DNA of 64,000 nt from Longimicrobiales bacterium (GTDB lineage: Bacteria; Gemmatimonadota; Gemmatimonadetes; Longimicrobiales; Gaopeijiaceae), in contig CBDCNQ010000002.1 of NCBI GenBank assembly GCA_965219445.1, positions 352,001-416,000 on the forward strand, in the 5' to 3' direction. Made by a program: the position numbers and the translations under genes. The notes under the pieces were generated by a model. It was not told the DNA's origin and did not search any database. It saw nothing but the letters and a program-made list of their open reading frames with translations. Positions 63,671-64,000 of the stretch are shown here, one piece after another. Numbering within the stretch: the first letter of the stretch is position 1; each line of letters begins with the position of its first letter.

Positions 63671-64000
63671 AAGCTTAGACCTCCCGTGGGTTGAAGCGTG
63701 GACAGGGATGAAAACCGCCCGCATTATAGCCGCGCCGGCCACTCTGTCGAGTGCTCTGGCGCGGCAGCCGGGCGGGCTTTCGGTGACTTATTCAGAATTC
63801 TTCGAGCAGTTGAAGGAACGGGTGGAGAACTAGCCGCCTCGCAGTAGTCCCATCCAGAAGACGTCCAGTGGTCGAAGACGGGTCCGACATGCGCCGGCCA
63901 TCGTCTTCATCCTTGGCTTGGGCTCGGAGCCGCAGATAATGGGTCTGGGTTGTCTCTTAAGGGATAGATGCACTCCGATACCGACCACTCGCCACGAAGT

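Overview
GC-rich, heavily rearranged accessory region. The host is probably Gemmatimonadota, inferred from the repeated '[33 protein letters not shown]' kinase N-termini and from the DUF5916 and TolB/TPR proteins. The core is an integron: intI at 46571-47566, six similar ~100-bp attC sites, four toxin-antitoxin cassettes, a hydrolase cassette and a YqgE cassette. It lies in a ~33-kb segment bounded by tRNA-Arg(CCT) and a 49-bp copy of its 3' half. Several IS families parasitise the attC sites. (1) An IS110/IS1111 element sits exactly at the G^TT crossover of four attC sites. Its downstream non-coding region contains readable guide matches to the attC target and to its own donor junction, including what look like two tandem target loops. 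(2) An IS30-family element appears inserted at the identical position GTTRRR^N in three different cassettes, which suggests attC-targeting IS30s. (3) IS3-like elements with atypical ends are nested in or next to both. A second IS1111 has guide matches to the IS256 terminal repeat it interrupts. The rest of the window is a PaoABC-like molybdoenzyme operon, secreted hydrolases and propellers, defence-like nucleases and many gene fragments. Near-identical IS copies and single-base frameshifts mean misassembly or read errors cannot be excluded.
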